64,000 nt of DNA from Terriglobia bacterium (GCA_022452285.1 JAKUNG010000015.1:8482-72481); one strand, 5' to 3'; counted from the first letter of the stretch, positions 1-11,316 are shown. Translations and numbers: made by a program. Notes: generated from the letters alone by a model not told the origin.

Positions 1-729
<729 letters not shown>

Positions 730-852
730 CTATTAAGTGAACAAGCATCTTAGGGATCAGGAAGTTAGCATATTATGTTTGTTGTCGTCAAATTTCATAT
801 TGAGAAAGAATAATTTGTCAGACCCCGTTTATTAAAAATATGAGCGACTTAT

Positions 853-2034
853 TTAACTTAATTGTTCAAATATAGCTGCAACTCCCATTCCTCCACCAAC
901 ACACATACTTACGAGTCCATATTGAATATTTTGTTTTTTCATTTCATGCAAGAGTGTTATTGTCAGTCTTGTGCCTGTGCACCCTAAGGGATGTCCTAAA
1001 GCTATTGCTCCCCCATTCACATTAATCTTGTTTGGATCCAGGCTTAGTTTATTTATAACTGTTAAAGCCTGAACAGCAAAAGCTTCATTTAGCTCAATCA
1101 AACCAATACTAGATTTGTCTAAACCAGCATTTGCTAAAACTTTTGGAATAGCCATTATAGGCCCGATTCCCATTTCTTCTGGTTTAACTCCAACAGTAGT
1201 GAAGCTAACAAAACGACCTAAAATTTTCCATTCTTGTTCGATAGCCTTCTCTTTTGATGTTACCACTACTGCTGCTGCTCCATCACTAAGTTGGGCAGCG
1301 TTACCTGCAGTTACAGTTCCCTTCTTATCAAAAACTGGCAAAAGTTTCTTAAGAGTGTCGATATTGGTATCAATTCGGGGACACTCGTCTATTTCAAATT
1401 TTGATTTTAAGGAGTAGGTGTCACCATTAGGACGAATACCAGCTACAGGAATTTCAAGTGGAATGATCTCATCCTTAAACCGGCTTGTTTTAATTGCATG
1501 GAGAGACTTTTGATGACTTTGATACGCAAAGAGATCCTGGTCACTCCGACTAATTGAATACTTCCTTCCCAAGTTTTCTGCGGTCAACCCCATGTTGAGA
1601 TACACATCTGGATATGAATCTACAAGATAAGGATTAGGAGAAAAGGTTTCTCCACCTAGTGGAACTAAGCTCATGCTTTCAGTTCCACCAGCAATAATAA
1701 CGTCAGCACAGCCACAGCGAATTTGATTAGCAGCAAAAGCAATAGATTGGAGACCAGAGGCACAAAACCTATTGATAGTAAGACCTGGAACGGTAACAGG
1801 AAGTCCGGACCTTAAGCTAGCAATTCGGGCTACATTCATGCCTTGGGGACCTTCAGGCATAGCACACCCAATAATAACATCATCAATTTGATAAGTTTTC
1901 AGACCAGGGGTTCTTGAAACAGCAGCAGAAATTACACGCTGGGCTAGCTCATCAGGCCGTGTATTCCTTAGAGTACCTTTAATTCCCTTGCCTAGGGGAG
2001 TTCTAGCACCAGCAACAATTACTGCTTCACGCAT
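853..2034 (-). CDS. Acetyl-CoA acetyltransferase / 3-ketoacyl-CoA thiolase
   Basis: 393 aa. Thiolase signatures are present: NRFCASGLQSI (active Cys), GHPLGCTG and CVGGGMG. It is the last gene of a co-directional beta-oxidation operon. Confidence 0.95.
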   Translation of the reverse strand: MREAVIVAGARTPLGKGIKGTLRNTRPDELAQRVISAAVSRTPGLKTYQIDDVIIGCAMPEGPQGMNVARIASLRSGLPVTVPGLTINRFCASGLQSIAFAANQIRCGCADVIIAGGTESMSLVPLGGETFSPNPYLVDSYPDVYLNMGLTAENLGRKYSISRSDQDLFAYQSHQKSLHAIKTSRFKDEIIPLEIPVAGIRPNGDTYSLKSKFEIDECPRIDTNIDTLKKLLPVFDKKGTVTAGNAAQLSDGAAAVVVTSKEKAIEQEWKILGRFVSFTTVGVKPEEMGIGPIMAIPKVLANAGLDKSSIGLIELNEAFAVQALTVINKLSLDPNKINVNGGAIALGHPLGCTGTRLTITLLHEMKKQNIQYGLVSMCVGGGMGVAAIFEQLS

Positions 2035-2076
2035 ATCTCATCCCAATAAATATTCTTAACTATAATCCTAAGACCT

Positions 2077-4467
2077 CTAGTTTCTTAGTGGTCTGCCTTC
2101 TTTTAGCATAAATTTGATCCGTTCCTGACTCTTAATCTCTCCGCAAAGTCCAAGAAAACATTCTCTTTCTAAATCTAGTAGATATTCCTCTGATACATTT
2201 TGTAGGCTGTGACAATCACCACCACAGAGCACATACCCTAGTTTGCTCCCTAAAAAGTAATCATATTCGCTAATGTAGTTTCCACGAAGCATCTGATGCA
2301 TTTCAACCTTCAACGTTGAAAGAACTGAGTTTCCAGGAACAGGGATACTTTTAGGAGGAGTAGGACTGATAAAACCTTCGTCGACAAGTTTTAATATCGT
2401 TCTTACTGAATCTGAAATTAACGAATCTCCATTAATTGAAACTTGGTCAGTAGATCGGAGAAATCCTAAGGATCTTGCCTCTAACGCGCTTTGTGAAACT
2501 TTGGCTTTAGCTATAATTCTAAAAGCAGTCTTTATCCTTTCTGCTAAGTAGTTAAAGCCGCTTTCTCCTTCTGAATATCTTAATACCATTTCTTTAGTTC
2601 CCCCAGCTGCTGGGATTAAACCTACACCTAACTCAACCAACCCCATGTAACACTCTGCAGAGGCCTGAATTCGATTAGCATGAAGAGAAATTTCACATCC
2701 TCCACCTAAGGTTAATCCAAAAGGGGCTACTAAGATTGGTTTTGGAGAATATTTAATCATTAGATTAGTTTCTTGAAAATTTTGGATCATTCCATTTAGG
2801 TTTTCCCAATTCCCTAGTTCAGATTCCCTAAGAATATAATTCAGATCTGCTCCAGCAGAAAAATGGGAACCTTGATTTGCTATAACCATTCCTAAAAAAT
2901 TGGATTGAAGAGTCTTTATGCTCTGGTTAATAATTTTCAGTGTTTGCCGGGAAATTGTATTCATTTTGGAATGAAATTCAAGGACTATGACACCCTGCCC
3001 TAAATCAATTAAACTAGCAGACTCATTGCTATGAACTAAATTACGGGAAGTCTTCATGGATTGAAGATTTAGAAACCTGGTACTAATTGGAACTTTTTGA
3101 TATCCCTTACTAGCAAAATCGAAATATTTTAGCTCTGATAACTTTTTTAAATAAAACGATTTACTCGGAGTTTTGAGAATTGTCTGTAAAATATTTGGAA
3201 GAACTTTTTGTTCAGATTCAATTCGTTTAGCTATTTTCTCTGGACCAAGTGTGTCCCATAACTCGAAGGGCCCACACTCCCAATTAAATCCCCATTTTAT
3301 AGCATTATCAATGTCGAAAAAATTATCAGAAATCTCGGGTATACGGTTTGCTGCATATATTAACGTTTCACTCAAAGCTTTCCAGATTAGGTTGCCCACA
3401 GGATCCTTTAAATCGATCAAGAAAGCTAACCGGTCCTTTAGGGAAGGAATTCTTTTTGCAAAGTTTGTCGACTTGTAATTAATTTTCTTATAGGGTTCGT
3501 AGATCAACTCTTTAAGATTAAGTGTTAAGATTTCCCCAGAAGTACTCTTTTTATATAGGCCTTGACCACTCTTTTGACCTAACCACTTCAGCTTAAGTAA
3601 TTTTTTAATGAATACTGGGGATTTAAAAAGTTCTCTCTGTTCATCAAATGGGGCGTTATCTAGGATATTTTGGTTAACCTGGACAAAAGTATCAAGTCCA
3701 ACCAAATCTAAAGTTCGAAAAGTGGCACTTTTGGAGCGTCCAATCAGTAAACCAGTTAGTTGATCAATTTCATCAATCTGGAACTGTCCAATTTCAAGAA
3801 TTTTGACCATTTGTTGTAATGCAAAGGCTCCTACCCTATTGGCGATAAAGTTAGGGGTATCTTTTGCTATAACAATACGTTTTCCTAATCGTTTTTCACC
3901 TAAGCTGGTCATTGTGTTGACTACGTAGGGCAAGGTTTTAGAAGTGGGTATTATTTCTAATAATTTAAGGTACCGAGGAGGGTTAAAAAAATGAGTGCCT
4001 AACCAGAATTCTTGAAAGTCTTTATCCATATTCTGAGCTAAGCGTTCTAGAGATATTCCTGATGTGTTAGAGCTAATAATTGTTCCGATTTTACGGATTT
4101 TAGCAATCTTTTTTAGAAGTCCGAGTTTAGCCTCAAAATTTTCCGATATAGCTTCAATGATCCAATCAGCCTCTCCTAACCATTTAAAATCATCTTCAAT
4201 ATTACCAACTTCTATATTTGTAGCATTTTCGTTTAAATAGAAAGATGGAGGTTTACTTTTAACTAACATCTCCAGGCTCTTCTCAGCCAGGCGATTTCGT
4301 CTGTTAGCTTTAAGTCCGTTATTATGGTATCTGTTTGGAACTGTATATCCTTCGGGCACAACATCAAGTAACTTTACCTGAAATCCTGCATTGACTAGGT
4401 GGGCAGCAATTTGTGAGCCCATTACTCCAGCTCCCAGAATTACTACTTTATTAACTTGAATTTGCAT
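2077..4467 (-). CDS. Bifunctional 3-hydroxyacyl-CoA dehydrogenase / enoyl-CoA hydratase with FadN-type domain order
   Basis: 796 aa. The N-terminus has a Rossmann motif (VVILGAGVMGSQIAAHL). The C-terminus has a crotonase fold (GSHFSAGADLNYI, GLTLGGGCEISL). Confidence 0.9.
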   Translation of the reverse strand: MQIQVNKVVILGAGVMGSQIAAHLVNAGFQVKLLDVVPEGYTVPNRYHNNGLKANRRNRLAEKSLEMLVKSKPPSFYLNENATNIEVGNIEDDFKWLGEADWIIEAISENFEAKLGLLKKIAKIRKIGTIISSNTSGISLERLAQNMDKDFQEFWLGTHFFNPPRYLKLLEIIPTSKTLPYVVNTMTSLGEKRLGKRIVIAKDTPNFIANRVGAFALQQMVKILEIGQFQIDEIDQLTGLLIGRSKSATFRTLDLVGLDTFVQVNQNILDNAPFDEQRELFKSPVFIKKLLKLKWLGQKSGQGLYKKSTSGEILTLNLKELIYEPYKKINYKSTNFAKRIPSLKDRLAFLIDLKDPVGNLIWKALSETLIYAANRIPEISDNFFDIDNAIKWGFNWECGPFELWDTLGPEKIAKRIESEQKVLPNILQTILKTPSKSFYLKKLSELKYFDFASKGYQKVPISTRFLNLQSMKTSRNLVHSNESASLIDLGQGVIVLEFHSKMNTISRQTLKIINQSIKTLQSNFLGMVIANQGSHFSAGADLNYILRESELGNWENLNGMIQNFQETNLMIKYSPKPILVAPFGLTLGGGCEISLHANRIQASAECYMGLVELGVGLIPAAGGTKEMVLRYSEGESGFNYLAERIKTAFRIIAKAKVSQSALEARSLGFLRSTDQVSINGDSLISDSVRTILKLVDEGFISPTPPKSIPVPGNSVLSTLKVEMHQMLRGNYISEYDYFLGSKLGYVLCGGDCHSLQNVSEEYLLDLERECFLGLCGEIKSQERIKFMLKEGRPLRN

Positions 4468-4488
4468 TGTGGTTTTTAGTGAAGAAAC

Positions 4489-6282
4489 TTATCGATTTAC
4501 AACATAAATAGCTTTCAATTCCTTAATAAATTTTTGCTCAATTATCTTTCGACGGACTTTGAGTGTAGGAGTAACTTCACCTAAATCTAACGAGAAATCG
4601 TTCTCTGTTACAATAATTGCTTTTAACTTTTCAAATGATGCTAACTGTCTAGTGGATCGTTCCACTTCGTTAAAAAGAAAAGTTTTGATAATTTCAGATT
4701 TGACCAATTCACTATAACTGGAAAAAGCAATCTGGTTAGTTTTAGCATAGTCAATAAGTATTTCTTGGTTGGGTACTACTATTCCAGTAATAAAGGGTTT
4801 TTTGTCTCCAAAAATCACTGCATTTAGAAAAACAGGATTTCCCTTCAACAATCGTTCTAACCGCTGAGGTGCAACTTTTTTTCCGCCTGCAGTAACTATT
4901 AAATCTTTTTTTCGATCTGTGATACTCAAAAACCCATCGGCGTCTAGCGATCCAATGTCACCAGTATGGAACCATCCATCTTTTAAGACTTCGTTAGTTT
5001 CTAGATCCTTGTTGTAATAACCCATCATAACTGAAGGACCTTTAGTTAGGATTTCTCCATCACTAGCAATCTTAAGTTCTAGGCCTGAAAGGGGTAGACC
5101 AACTGTACCAAACCTAAATTTTTTTGGCCTATTAACCGAGATTACAGGAGAAGTTTCTGTTAAGCCATAACCTTCTAAAATAAGAAATCCAGCGGCATGA
5201 AAGAATTCTCCTAAATGTTTGTCTAACGGAGCTCCCCCGGATATAAAGAATCGAATTCTACCACCCAATTTTTCTTTCAACTTGGAAAAGACCAATTTTT
5301 TGGCTAACCATTGATTAATCGATAGAAAAAAACTAATGTGTTCATTCTGAAGGGAGCGATGAGAATATTCGCTTCCTATCTTAAAGGCCCATTCTGCAAT
5401 ATTTTTTTTCAGACCAGTATTACTTTTTCTAGTTTGAGTAATCTTGTTGTATAACTTCTCAAAAAATCTGGGTACGCAAGCTACAACTGTAGGGTGAACT
5501 TCAAGCATATTTTGCGGAACCTTTTCAATATTCTCCGCATAGGCCAAGGAAACACCCTTAAAGAAAATCAAATAATCAAACATCCTTTCGAAAATATGAC
5601 TTAAGGGCAAAAAAGATAGTACTCGATCATCTCGATCAAATTCGAGAACTTTGCTAGACGCTATGACATTAGAAACGATATTAGAATGGGAAAGCATAAC
5701 TCCCTTTGGAGGACCAGTTGTTCCAGATGTATAAATTATAGTTGCAATATCATCTGGATTTATAGAACGCTTAAGTTCGCTTATTTGATTTAATTGGAGA
5801 GGGCTAGAAGTCCTCCCTTTTTTTAATAGGTGTTTTAAGCCTTGCACCTTGTCAGAATTAGAGTTATCTAAATCCATTACAATCGTTAGCTCCAAAGACG
5901 GCAAATTGTGCTGAATTTCCTCCACTTTGCCTAATTGGTCCTTGTTTGAAACAATTATGAATTTAGCGCTGCAATCATTAAGTAATTCTTCTAGCTGGGA
6001 TGCAGGCAAGGTTGGATAAATTGGAACATTTATTGCGTGGCACAATAAAATAGCAATGTCTGAAAAGAACCATTCTGGCCTATTTTCCGAGACAAGTGCA
6101 ACTCTATCCCCAGGGCATAGTCCTGCACTCATTAAGGCTGCTGCCAAACATTCAGAGTGAAGCCGTACTTCTTCAGAAGAATAAGAGGAATAAACCTCAT
6201 TCTTTTTGAACATAAGAGCATCGTTACGAGATCGATTGGAGACGGGTTCGTAAAATAGGTCGATAATAGTTTTGGGATTCAT
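4489..6282 (-). CDS. Long-chain fatty-acid-CoA ligase (AMP-dependent synthetase)
   Basis: 597 aa. It has the AMP-binding motif IIYTSGTTGPPKGVMLSH, plus GYGLTETSP and the C-terminal TPTLKVRRK. Confidence 0.92.
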   Translation of the reverse strand: MNPKTIIDLFYEPVSNRSRNDALMFKKNEVYSSYSSEEVRLHSECLAAALMSAGLCPGDRVALVSENRPEWFFSDIAILLCHAINVPIYPTLPASQLEELLNDCSAKFIIVSNKDQLGKVEEIQHNLPSLELTIVMDLDNSNSDKVQGLKHLLKKGRTSSPLQLNQISELKRSINPDDIATIIYTSGTTGPPKGVMLSHSNIVSNVIASSKVLEFDRDDRVLSFLPLSHIFERMFDYLIFFKGVSLAYAENIEKVPQNMLEVHPTVVACVPRFFEKLYNKITQTRKSNTGLKKNIAEWAFKIGSEYSHRSLQNEHISFFLSINQWLAKKLVFSKLKEKLGGRIRFFISGGAPLDKHLGEFFHAAGFLILEGYGLTETSPVISVNRPKKFRFGTVGLPLSGLELKIASDGEILTKGPSVMMGYYNKDLETNEVLKDGWFHTGDIGSLDADGFLSITDRKKDLIVTAGGKKVAPQRLERLLKGNPVFLNAVIFGDKKPFITGIVVPNQEILIDYAKTNQIAFSSYSELVKSEIIKTFLFNEVERSTRQLASFEKLKAIIVTENDFSLDLGEVTPTLKVRRKIIEQKFIKELKAIYVVNR

Positions 6283-6447
6283 TAAGGACTCCAGATGATA
6301 CTAGTGGGAATATTCTATCTCTCTTCATCCATTCACTCTATCATACTTAATACCTTTGAGTAGAATACCAACTCGAACTTAACAGGTTGTAAATTTTAAA
6401 AGTAAGATTTAATTTGTCGTTCTTGAATCTTGACGGTCAATATCTCG

Positions 6448-6477
6448 TGTGCTAGCGTTGGTTAGCACAGATTTTTT
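6448..6477 (+). promoter_or_regulatory. Terminator-like hairpin with a T-run in the gcvT leader (possible attenuator)
   Basis: A 7-bp stem tgtgcta (6448-6454) pairs with tagcaca (6463-6469) around an 8-nt loop. TTTTTT follows at 6472-6477, ending 11 nt before the gcvT ATG. No gene ends here, so it is not an ordinary terminator. Confidence 0.3.
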
Positions 6478-6488
6478 AAAAAAAATTA

Positions 6489-7604
6489 ATGACTTGTAAT
6501 TCCCTTCCAAAAAAAACGTCACTCTATCGCCTCCATAAGGAACTTGGAGCTAAATTAGGTTCCTTTGGTGGATGGTCTATGCCAATCGAGTACTCTGGGA
6601 TTATACGAGAACATATTGCTGTTAGAACAAAAGCAGGCCTTTTTGATGTAAGTCACATGGGAGAGATACTGATAACAGGTCCTGAAAGCATGTCTCTCTT
6701 GCAGCGAATAACATCTAATGATGTATCGAAACTTACAACAGGACAAATACGGTATGCAGCTTTCCTAAATGAATCAGGAGGTTTCGTAGATGATCTTTTG
6801 ATCCATTGTATGGGGCATGACAGGTTCTTTTTATGCGTCAATGCAGGGAACAAGGATAAGGATTTCGAACATATCTGTAAATACAACTCTTTTAAGACGA
6901 AAGTATTGGACGTAAGCAATCGTTATGTCCAGCTGGCTATCCAAGGACCAAAAGCTGCAAACATTCTTCAATCTATTTCTAACGTTGATTTAGGAGCGCT
7001 TGGTTATTATCGTTTTGTTCATGGAGAGATTGATGGGACACCTAGTATTATCGCAAGAACAGGTTATACTGGAGAGGATGGTTTTGAAATTTATTTTACT
7101 CCTGATTCAGCAGAACGAATATGGAAAAAAATAAATTTATTAGGTAAACCTTATTCTATGGTTTGTGCTGGATTAGGAGCTAGAAACACCCTACGTTTAG
7201 AGGCGAGAATGGCATTGTACGGGCATGAAATTGACGAAACCATTACCCCTTGGGAATGTGGACTCAGTCAAATTGTTGATTTAGATAAAGACTATTTTAT
7301 TGGTAAAGAAGCCTTAGTTCGGCAGATGAAGGATGGAATTAAAAAAAAGTTAATTGGATTTGAGATGACCGGCACTGGAATTGGTCGAGATGGTTATTTA
7401 GTATTCAAAAATAATAGAGAAATTGGCTGGGTTTCCAGTGGAGGCCCGGCCCCTTTTCTAAATAAGAATATTGGATTGGCTTTTGTTGAAAGCTCATTAG
7501 GATCAATAGGTAATGTTATTGATATTCAAGTAAGGCAAAGACTTGTTCCTGCTAAAATTATTAAAACACCATTTTATAAAAGAGATAAGAATAACAACTC
7601 ATAA
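6489..7604 (+). CDS. gcvT: Glycine cleavage system aminomethyltransferase (T protein)
   Basis: 371 aa. The sequence TSLYRLHKELGAKLGSFGGWSMPIEY...AGLFDVSHMGE is typical of GcvT. It is the first gene of the gcvT-H-PA-PB operon. Confidence 0.95.
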   Translation: MTCNSLPKKTSLYRLHKELGAKLGSFGGWSMPIEYSGIIREHIAVRTKAGLFDVSHMGEILITGPESMSLLQRITSNDVSKLTTGQIRYAAFLNESGGFVDDLLIHCMGHDRFFLCVNAGNKDKDFEHICKYNSFKTKVLDVSNRYVQLAIQGPKAANILQSISNVDLGALGYYRFVHGEIDGTPSIIARTGYTGEDGFEIYFTPDSAERIWKKINLLGKPYSMVCAGLGARNTLRLEARMALYGHEIDETITPWECGLSQIVDLDKDYFIGKEALVRQMKDGIKKKLIGFEMTGTGIGRDGYLVFKNNREIGWVSSGGPAPFLNKNIGLAFVESSLGSIGNVIDIQVRQRLVPAKIIKTPFYKRDKNNNS

Positions 7605-7633
7605 ATTGCATACTATTATTAAGGAGAATTACT

Positions 7634-8014
7634 ATGGAAGTACCTGAAGACCTTTTATATAGCAAAGAACATGAATGGATCCAAGTAAATGCTCTAAATG
7701 GTACTGTTGGAATTACAGCTCATGCCCAAAAAGAATTAGGTGATGTTGTTTATGTTGATCTCCCTGAAATTGGCCGAACATTTTCCGTTAATGAGGTTAT
7801 TGCTAATGTTGAATCAGTCAAGGCTGTTTCCGAGGTGTACTGCCCTGTAGCCTGTGAGGTTACAGAAATTAATTCAGCATTGGTGAATTCCCCCCAACTG
7901 GTCAATGAGAGTCCATACACCAAGGCGTGGTTAATTAAAATTAGACTTGCCAATCCTGATGATTTAGAAAATTTGTTAACAGCAACTCAATATAGAAAGT
8001 TTTTAACCTCCTAG
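7634..8014 (+). CDS. gcvH: Glycine cleavage system H protein (lipoyl carrier)
   Basis: 126 aa. It has YSKEHEWI and the lipoyl-lysine motif VESVKAVSEV. AAGGAG lies upstream. Confidence 0.95.
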   Translation: MEVPEDLLYSKEHEWIQVNALNGTVGITAHAQKELGDVVYVDLPEIGRTFSVNEVIANVESVKAVSEVYCPVACEVTEINSALVNSPQLVNESPYTKAWLIKIRLANPDDLENLLTATQYRKFLTS

Positions 8015-8026
8015 AAACTTAACCTG

Positions 8027-9358
8027 ATGCGCTACCTTTCCACCTCTGATGAGGAACAAAAAGAGATCTTTCAATCCCTTGGGATAAGTTCTATGGAGGA
8101 TTTATTGAATAGCATTCCTTCAGAAATTCGTGTTCAAGATTCACTAGAAATGCAACCAGCGTTAACAGAACCTGAGTTAATTCACTACTTTCATGAGATT
8201 GAAAAAAAGAATAGTACACACCAAGTTTCATTTCTCGGAGGAGGTGTTAACCAGCACTTAATACCATTAGTAATAAGTAGTTTAATATCAAGAGGAGAGT
8301 TTTTAACTTCTTACACTCCTTACCAAGCAGAAATCAGCCAAGGCACCCTCCAAGCTATATTTGAATATCAAACTTTTATTTGCCAGCTTACTGGCATGGA
8401 AATCTCTAATGCCTCGATGTATGACGGTAGCTCTGCGCTAGCAGAATCAGCCCTAATGGCATCTCGAATTTCAAAAAAGAAACGTTTCCTGATTGCTGAA
8501 ACAATTCATCCGGAGTATAGAGAGGTGATGCATACCTATACGCGTTACCAAGAATTTATTCTAGATGAAATCAATTTTTACTCAAATGGGTCTCTCAACC
8601 TAGAAAACTTAGAAAAAGAAATAAATGAAGATGTTGCCGCTGTTATTGTACAATCACCAAACTTCTTTGGTAATCTAGAATCCTTAAAGGCCTTAACTGA
8701 GATTTGTCATAGTAATGGCGTACTTGTAATTGTTAATATAGCCGAACTTCTTTCCTTAGGTATTTTGAAACCTCCAGGGCTTTTTGGTGCTGATATTGTT
8801 TGTGGAGAGGCACAATCATTAGGGGTTCCACAATCCTTTGGTGGACCACATATAGGCTTTCTAGCTACCCGCGAACGCTTTCTGAGAAACCTCCCTGGAA
8901 GATTAGCTGGCCAAACAATAGATAAGAACGGAAAAAGAGGTTTTGTTTTAACCCTTTCTACTAGAGAACAACATATTCGGCGTGAGAAGGCGACTTCTAA
9001 TATATGCACTAACCAGAATTTAACTGCACTAATGGTTACGATTTACTGTTCATTAATGGGAAAAAATGGAATTAGAGAGATTGCTATTCAGAATCTTAGG
9101 AAAACGCAATATGCCATAAATGCATTATCAAATGTTGGTGTTAAGCTTTTATTTAATGGACCCAGATTTAATGAATTTGTAATTCGTCCTAAGTGTTCAA
9201 TTGAAGAATTATTAAGAAGGTGTGATAAAGTTGGCGTAATTCCTGGACTTTCCTTACAACGGTACTATCCAGGGCTTGAAAATAGCCTATTAATCTCTAT
9301 TACTGAGACTAAAACCAAGCAACAAATTGATAAACTAATAAAATGCTTATCTAGCTGA
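8027..9358 (+). CDS. gcvPA: Glycine dehydrogenase (decarboxylating) subunit 1
   Basis: 443 aa. TSYTPYQAEISQGTLQAIFEYQT is the P-protein N-terminal half. It sits in operon context with gcvPB. Confidence 0.93.
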   Translation: MRYLSTSDEEQKEIFQSLGISSMEDLLNSIPSEIRVQDSLEMQPALTEPELIHYFHEIEKKNSTHQVSFLGGGVNQHLIPLVISSLISRGEFLTSYTPYQAEISQGTLQAIFEYQTFICQLTGMEISNASMYDGSSALAESALMASRISKKKRFLIAETIHPEYREVMHTYTRYQEFILDEINFYSNGSLNLENLEKEINEDVAAVIVQSPNFFGNLESLKALTEICHSNGVLVIVNIAELLSLGILKPPGLFGADIVCGEAQSLGVPQSFGGPHIGFLATRERFLRNLPGRLAGQTIDKNGKRGFVLTLSTREQHIRREKATSNICTNQNLTALMVTIYCSLMGKNGIREIAIQNLRKTQYAINALSNVGVKLLFNGPRFNEFVIRPKCSIEELLRRCDKVGVIPGLSLQRYYPGLENSLLISITETKTKQQIDKLIKCLSS

Positions 9359-9393
9359 TAAATAAAACGAGCTAAAACTTCTTTCTTCTTAAA

Positions 9394-10890
9394 ATGAATA
9401 CTCGAACAACTCATATTAACTTAGATGAATCACTAATTTTTGAAAAGAGTGCCCAAGGTAGAATTGGATTTGATCTTCCTTCTTCGGAAGATTTTCCTGA
9501 AATCAAACTAGATGAAGTTGTTGGAGAGGATAACATTCGAGAAGAAATTTCTGACTTTCCTGAGGTTAGCGAAGTAGATGTGGTCAGACATTTTACTAGG
9601 CTGTCTAACTGGAATTACCATATTGACGGAGGCCCTTATCCATTGGGCTCTTGTACTATGAAATATAATCCGAAAGTTAACGAATATATTGCTAACCTAC
9701 AGGGATTATCCACTACTCATCCATTAACACCTGAAAATTTTGTTCAGGGAAATCTTGAAGCTTTGTACCTACTTTCAGAAAATCTGAAAGAAATTACAGG
9801 GATGGACGCAGTTAGTCTTCAACCACCGGCCGGAGCTAGTGGAGAGTTAACAGGCGTCCTAATCCTCCGATCTTTTTTAGAGGATAAGGGAGAACATCGA
9901 AGAAAGATTTTAATTCCCGATTCAGCACATGGAACTAATCCAGCTAGTGCAGCAATAGCTGGATATTCAGTGGAAACACTAATTTCTGATGAACATGGAT
10001 GTCTGAACCTAAATGCATTGGAAAAAGAGATGGACGATGATGTTGCTGCCCTAATGCTAACCAACCCAAATACCTTAGGAATCTTTGAACCTAATATTGA
10101 AAAAATTAGCCAGGTGGTTCACGATCGGGGCGGATTAGTTTACATGGATGGTGCTAACTTAAACGCTTTAATGGGTATTGCTCGGCCAGGCGACTTTGGT
10201 GTTGATCTTTTGCATATGAATCTCCACAAAACATTTTCAACACCTCACGGAGGGGGAGGTCCAGGTTCTGGACCTGTAGCTGTTAAAGATTTTCTGGAGC
10301 CTTACTTGCCCACACCCAAAATCAAGAAACTTTTGTCGAAAAAATTTGTTTTTGATTATGACTGTCCAAAAGCAATTGGTAAAATTAAGGCATTTCATGG
10401 AAACTTTGGAACCCTAATCAGGGCTTTGGCATATATTTTGGCCAACGGTTCTGATGGCCTTAAGAGGGCGAGCTGTACAGCAATTTTAAATGCTAATTAT
10501 ATAAGACATCACCTTAAAGACACTTATAATTTACCCTATCAAAGACCGGTTTTGCATGAAGTTGTATTTTCTAGCAAAAACCAAGCTAAAAATGGGGTCA
10601 GTGTTATGGATATTGCTAAACGCCTTATGGATTATGGTTTTCATCCTCCAACCGTAGCTTTTCCATTGATTGTTCAAGGTGCACTTATGATTGAGCCAAC
10701 AGAAACGGAAAGTAGGCAGGAACTAGATCTTTTTATTAAGGCGATGAAAGCAATTTCTATAGAGGCGCAAAATGATCCAGACCTTTTGATGGATGCACCT
10801 CATCTAACTAGAATAAAACGTCTGGATGAAGTAAGGGCAGCACGTAATCCTATCCTGCGATGGAAAGGTACAAAAAATAGGGTGAAATGA
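9394..10890 (+). CDS. gcvPB: Glycine dehydrogenase (decarboxylating) subunit 2
   Basis: 498 aa. It has the PLP-lysine region LHMNLHKTFSTPHGGGGPG typical of the P-protein C-terminal half. Confidence 0.93.
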   Translation: MNTRTTHINLDESLIFEKSAQGRIGFDLPSSEDFPEIKLDEVVGEDNIREEISDFPEVSEVDVVRHFTRLSNWNYHIDGGPYPLGSCTMKYNPKVNEYIANLQGLSTTHPLTPENFVQGNLEALYLLSENLKEITGMDAVSLQPPAGASGELTGVLILRSFLEDKGEHRRKILIPDSAHGTNPASAAIAGYSVETLISDEHGCLNLNALEKEMDDDVAALMLTNPNTLGIFEPNIEKISQVVHDRGGLVYMDGANLNALMGIARPGDFGVDLLHMNLHKTFSTPHGGGGPGSGPVAVKDFLEPYLPTPKIKKLLSKKFVFDYDCPKAIGKIKAFHGNFGTLIRALAYILANGSDGLKRASCTAILNANYIRHHLKDTYNLPYQRPVLHEVVFSSKNQAKNGVSVMDIAKRLMDYGFHPPTVAFPLIVQGALMIEPTETESRQELDLFIKAMKAISIEAQNDPDLLMDAPHLTRIKRLDEVRAARNPILRWKGTKNRVK

Positions 10891-10898
10891 ATTTATTC

Positions 10899-10927
10899 TT
10901 GACAAGGAGGGTTGTCGAATCTATAAA
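10899..10927 (+). promoter_or_regulatory. Near-consensus sigma-70-type promoter upstream of groES
   Basis: TTGACA (10899-10904), a 17-nt spacer, then TATAAA (10922-10927). It lies about 70 nt upstream of the groES ATG and directly after the gcvPB stop. Confidence 0.55.
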
Positions 10928-10998
10928 TGTCGGTTCGTTGGGACTTTTACTGTTCACAGACCTCCTAACAACTTTTTAATTAATAAGGAGAAATACTA

Positions 10999-11316
10999 AT
11001 GAGCTTTAAACCATTACAAGATCGAATTCTAGTGCAAAGACTGGATGCTGTAGATAACGCAAAAAGTGGAATCATTATTCCTGATACTGCACAAGAAAAA
11101 CCACAAGAAGGCATTGTCATTGCAATTGGTCAAGGGAAACTTCTTGAATCTGGAGAACGACTCCCAATGAATATAAAGGTTGGAGATCATGTTATTTTCG
11201 CAACCTACTCTGGATCTGAGATTAAGCTAGATGATAATGATTACATAATTATGCGAGAAGAGGATGTTTTAGCTCTTCTTGAAAAAGCTGCATCAAAAAA
11301 AGGCAAAAAAAAATAG
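10999..11316 (+). CDS. groES: Co-chaperonin GroES (10 kDa) with a polybasic C-terminal tail
   Basis: 105 aa. FKPLQDRILVQR...SGIIIPDTAQEKPQEG.V.A.G.G...VGD.V.F aligns along its length with GroES. A strong AAGGAG lies upstream. No groEL follows. Confidence 0.93.
   Translation: MSFKPLQDRILVQRLDAVDNAKSGIIIPDTAQEKPQEGIVIAIGQGKLLESGERLPMNIKVGDHVIFATYSGSEIKLDDNDYIIMREEDVLALLEKAASKKGKKK

Noticed and set aside
6283-6488. Glycine riboswitch upstream of gcvT
   Set aside because: This is the classic location. I found none of the conserved core strings (GGAGAG..., ACCGAAGGGGCAA-like) on the plus strand, and the region is too AT-rich. Only a simple hairpin is present.
10891-10998. CIRCE (TTAGCACTC-N9-GAGTGCTAA) or another heat-shock operator in the groES leader
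   Set aside because: There is no matching inverted repeat between the promoter and the start codon.
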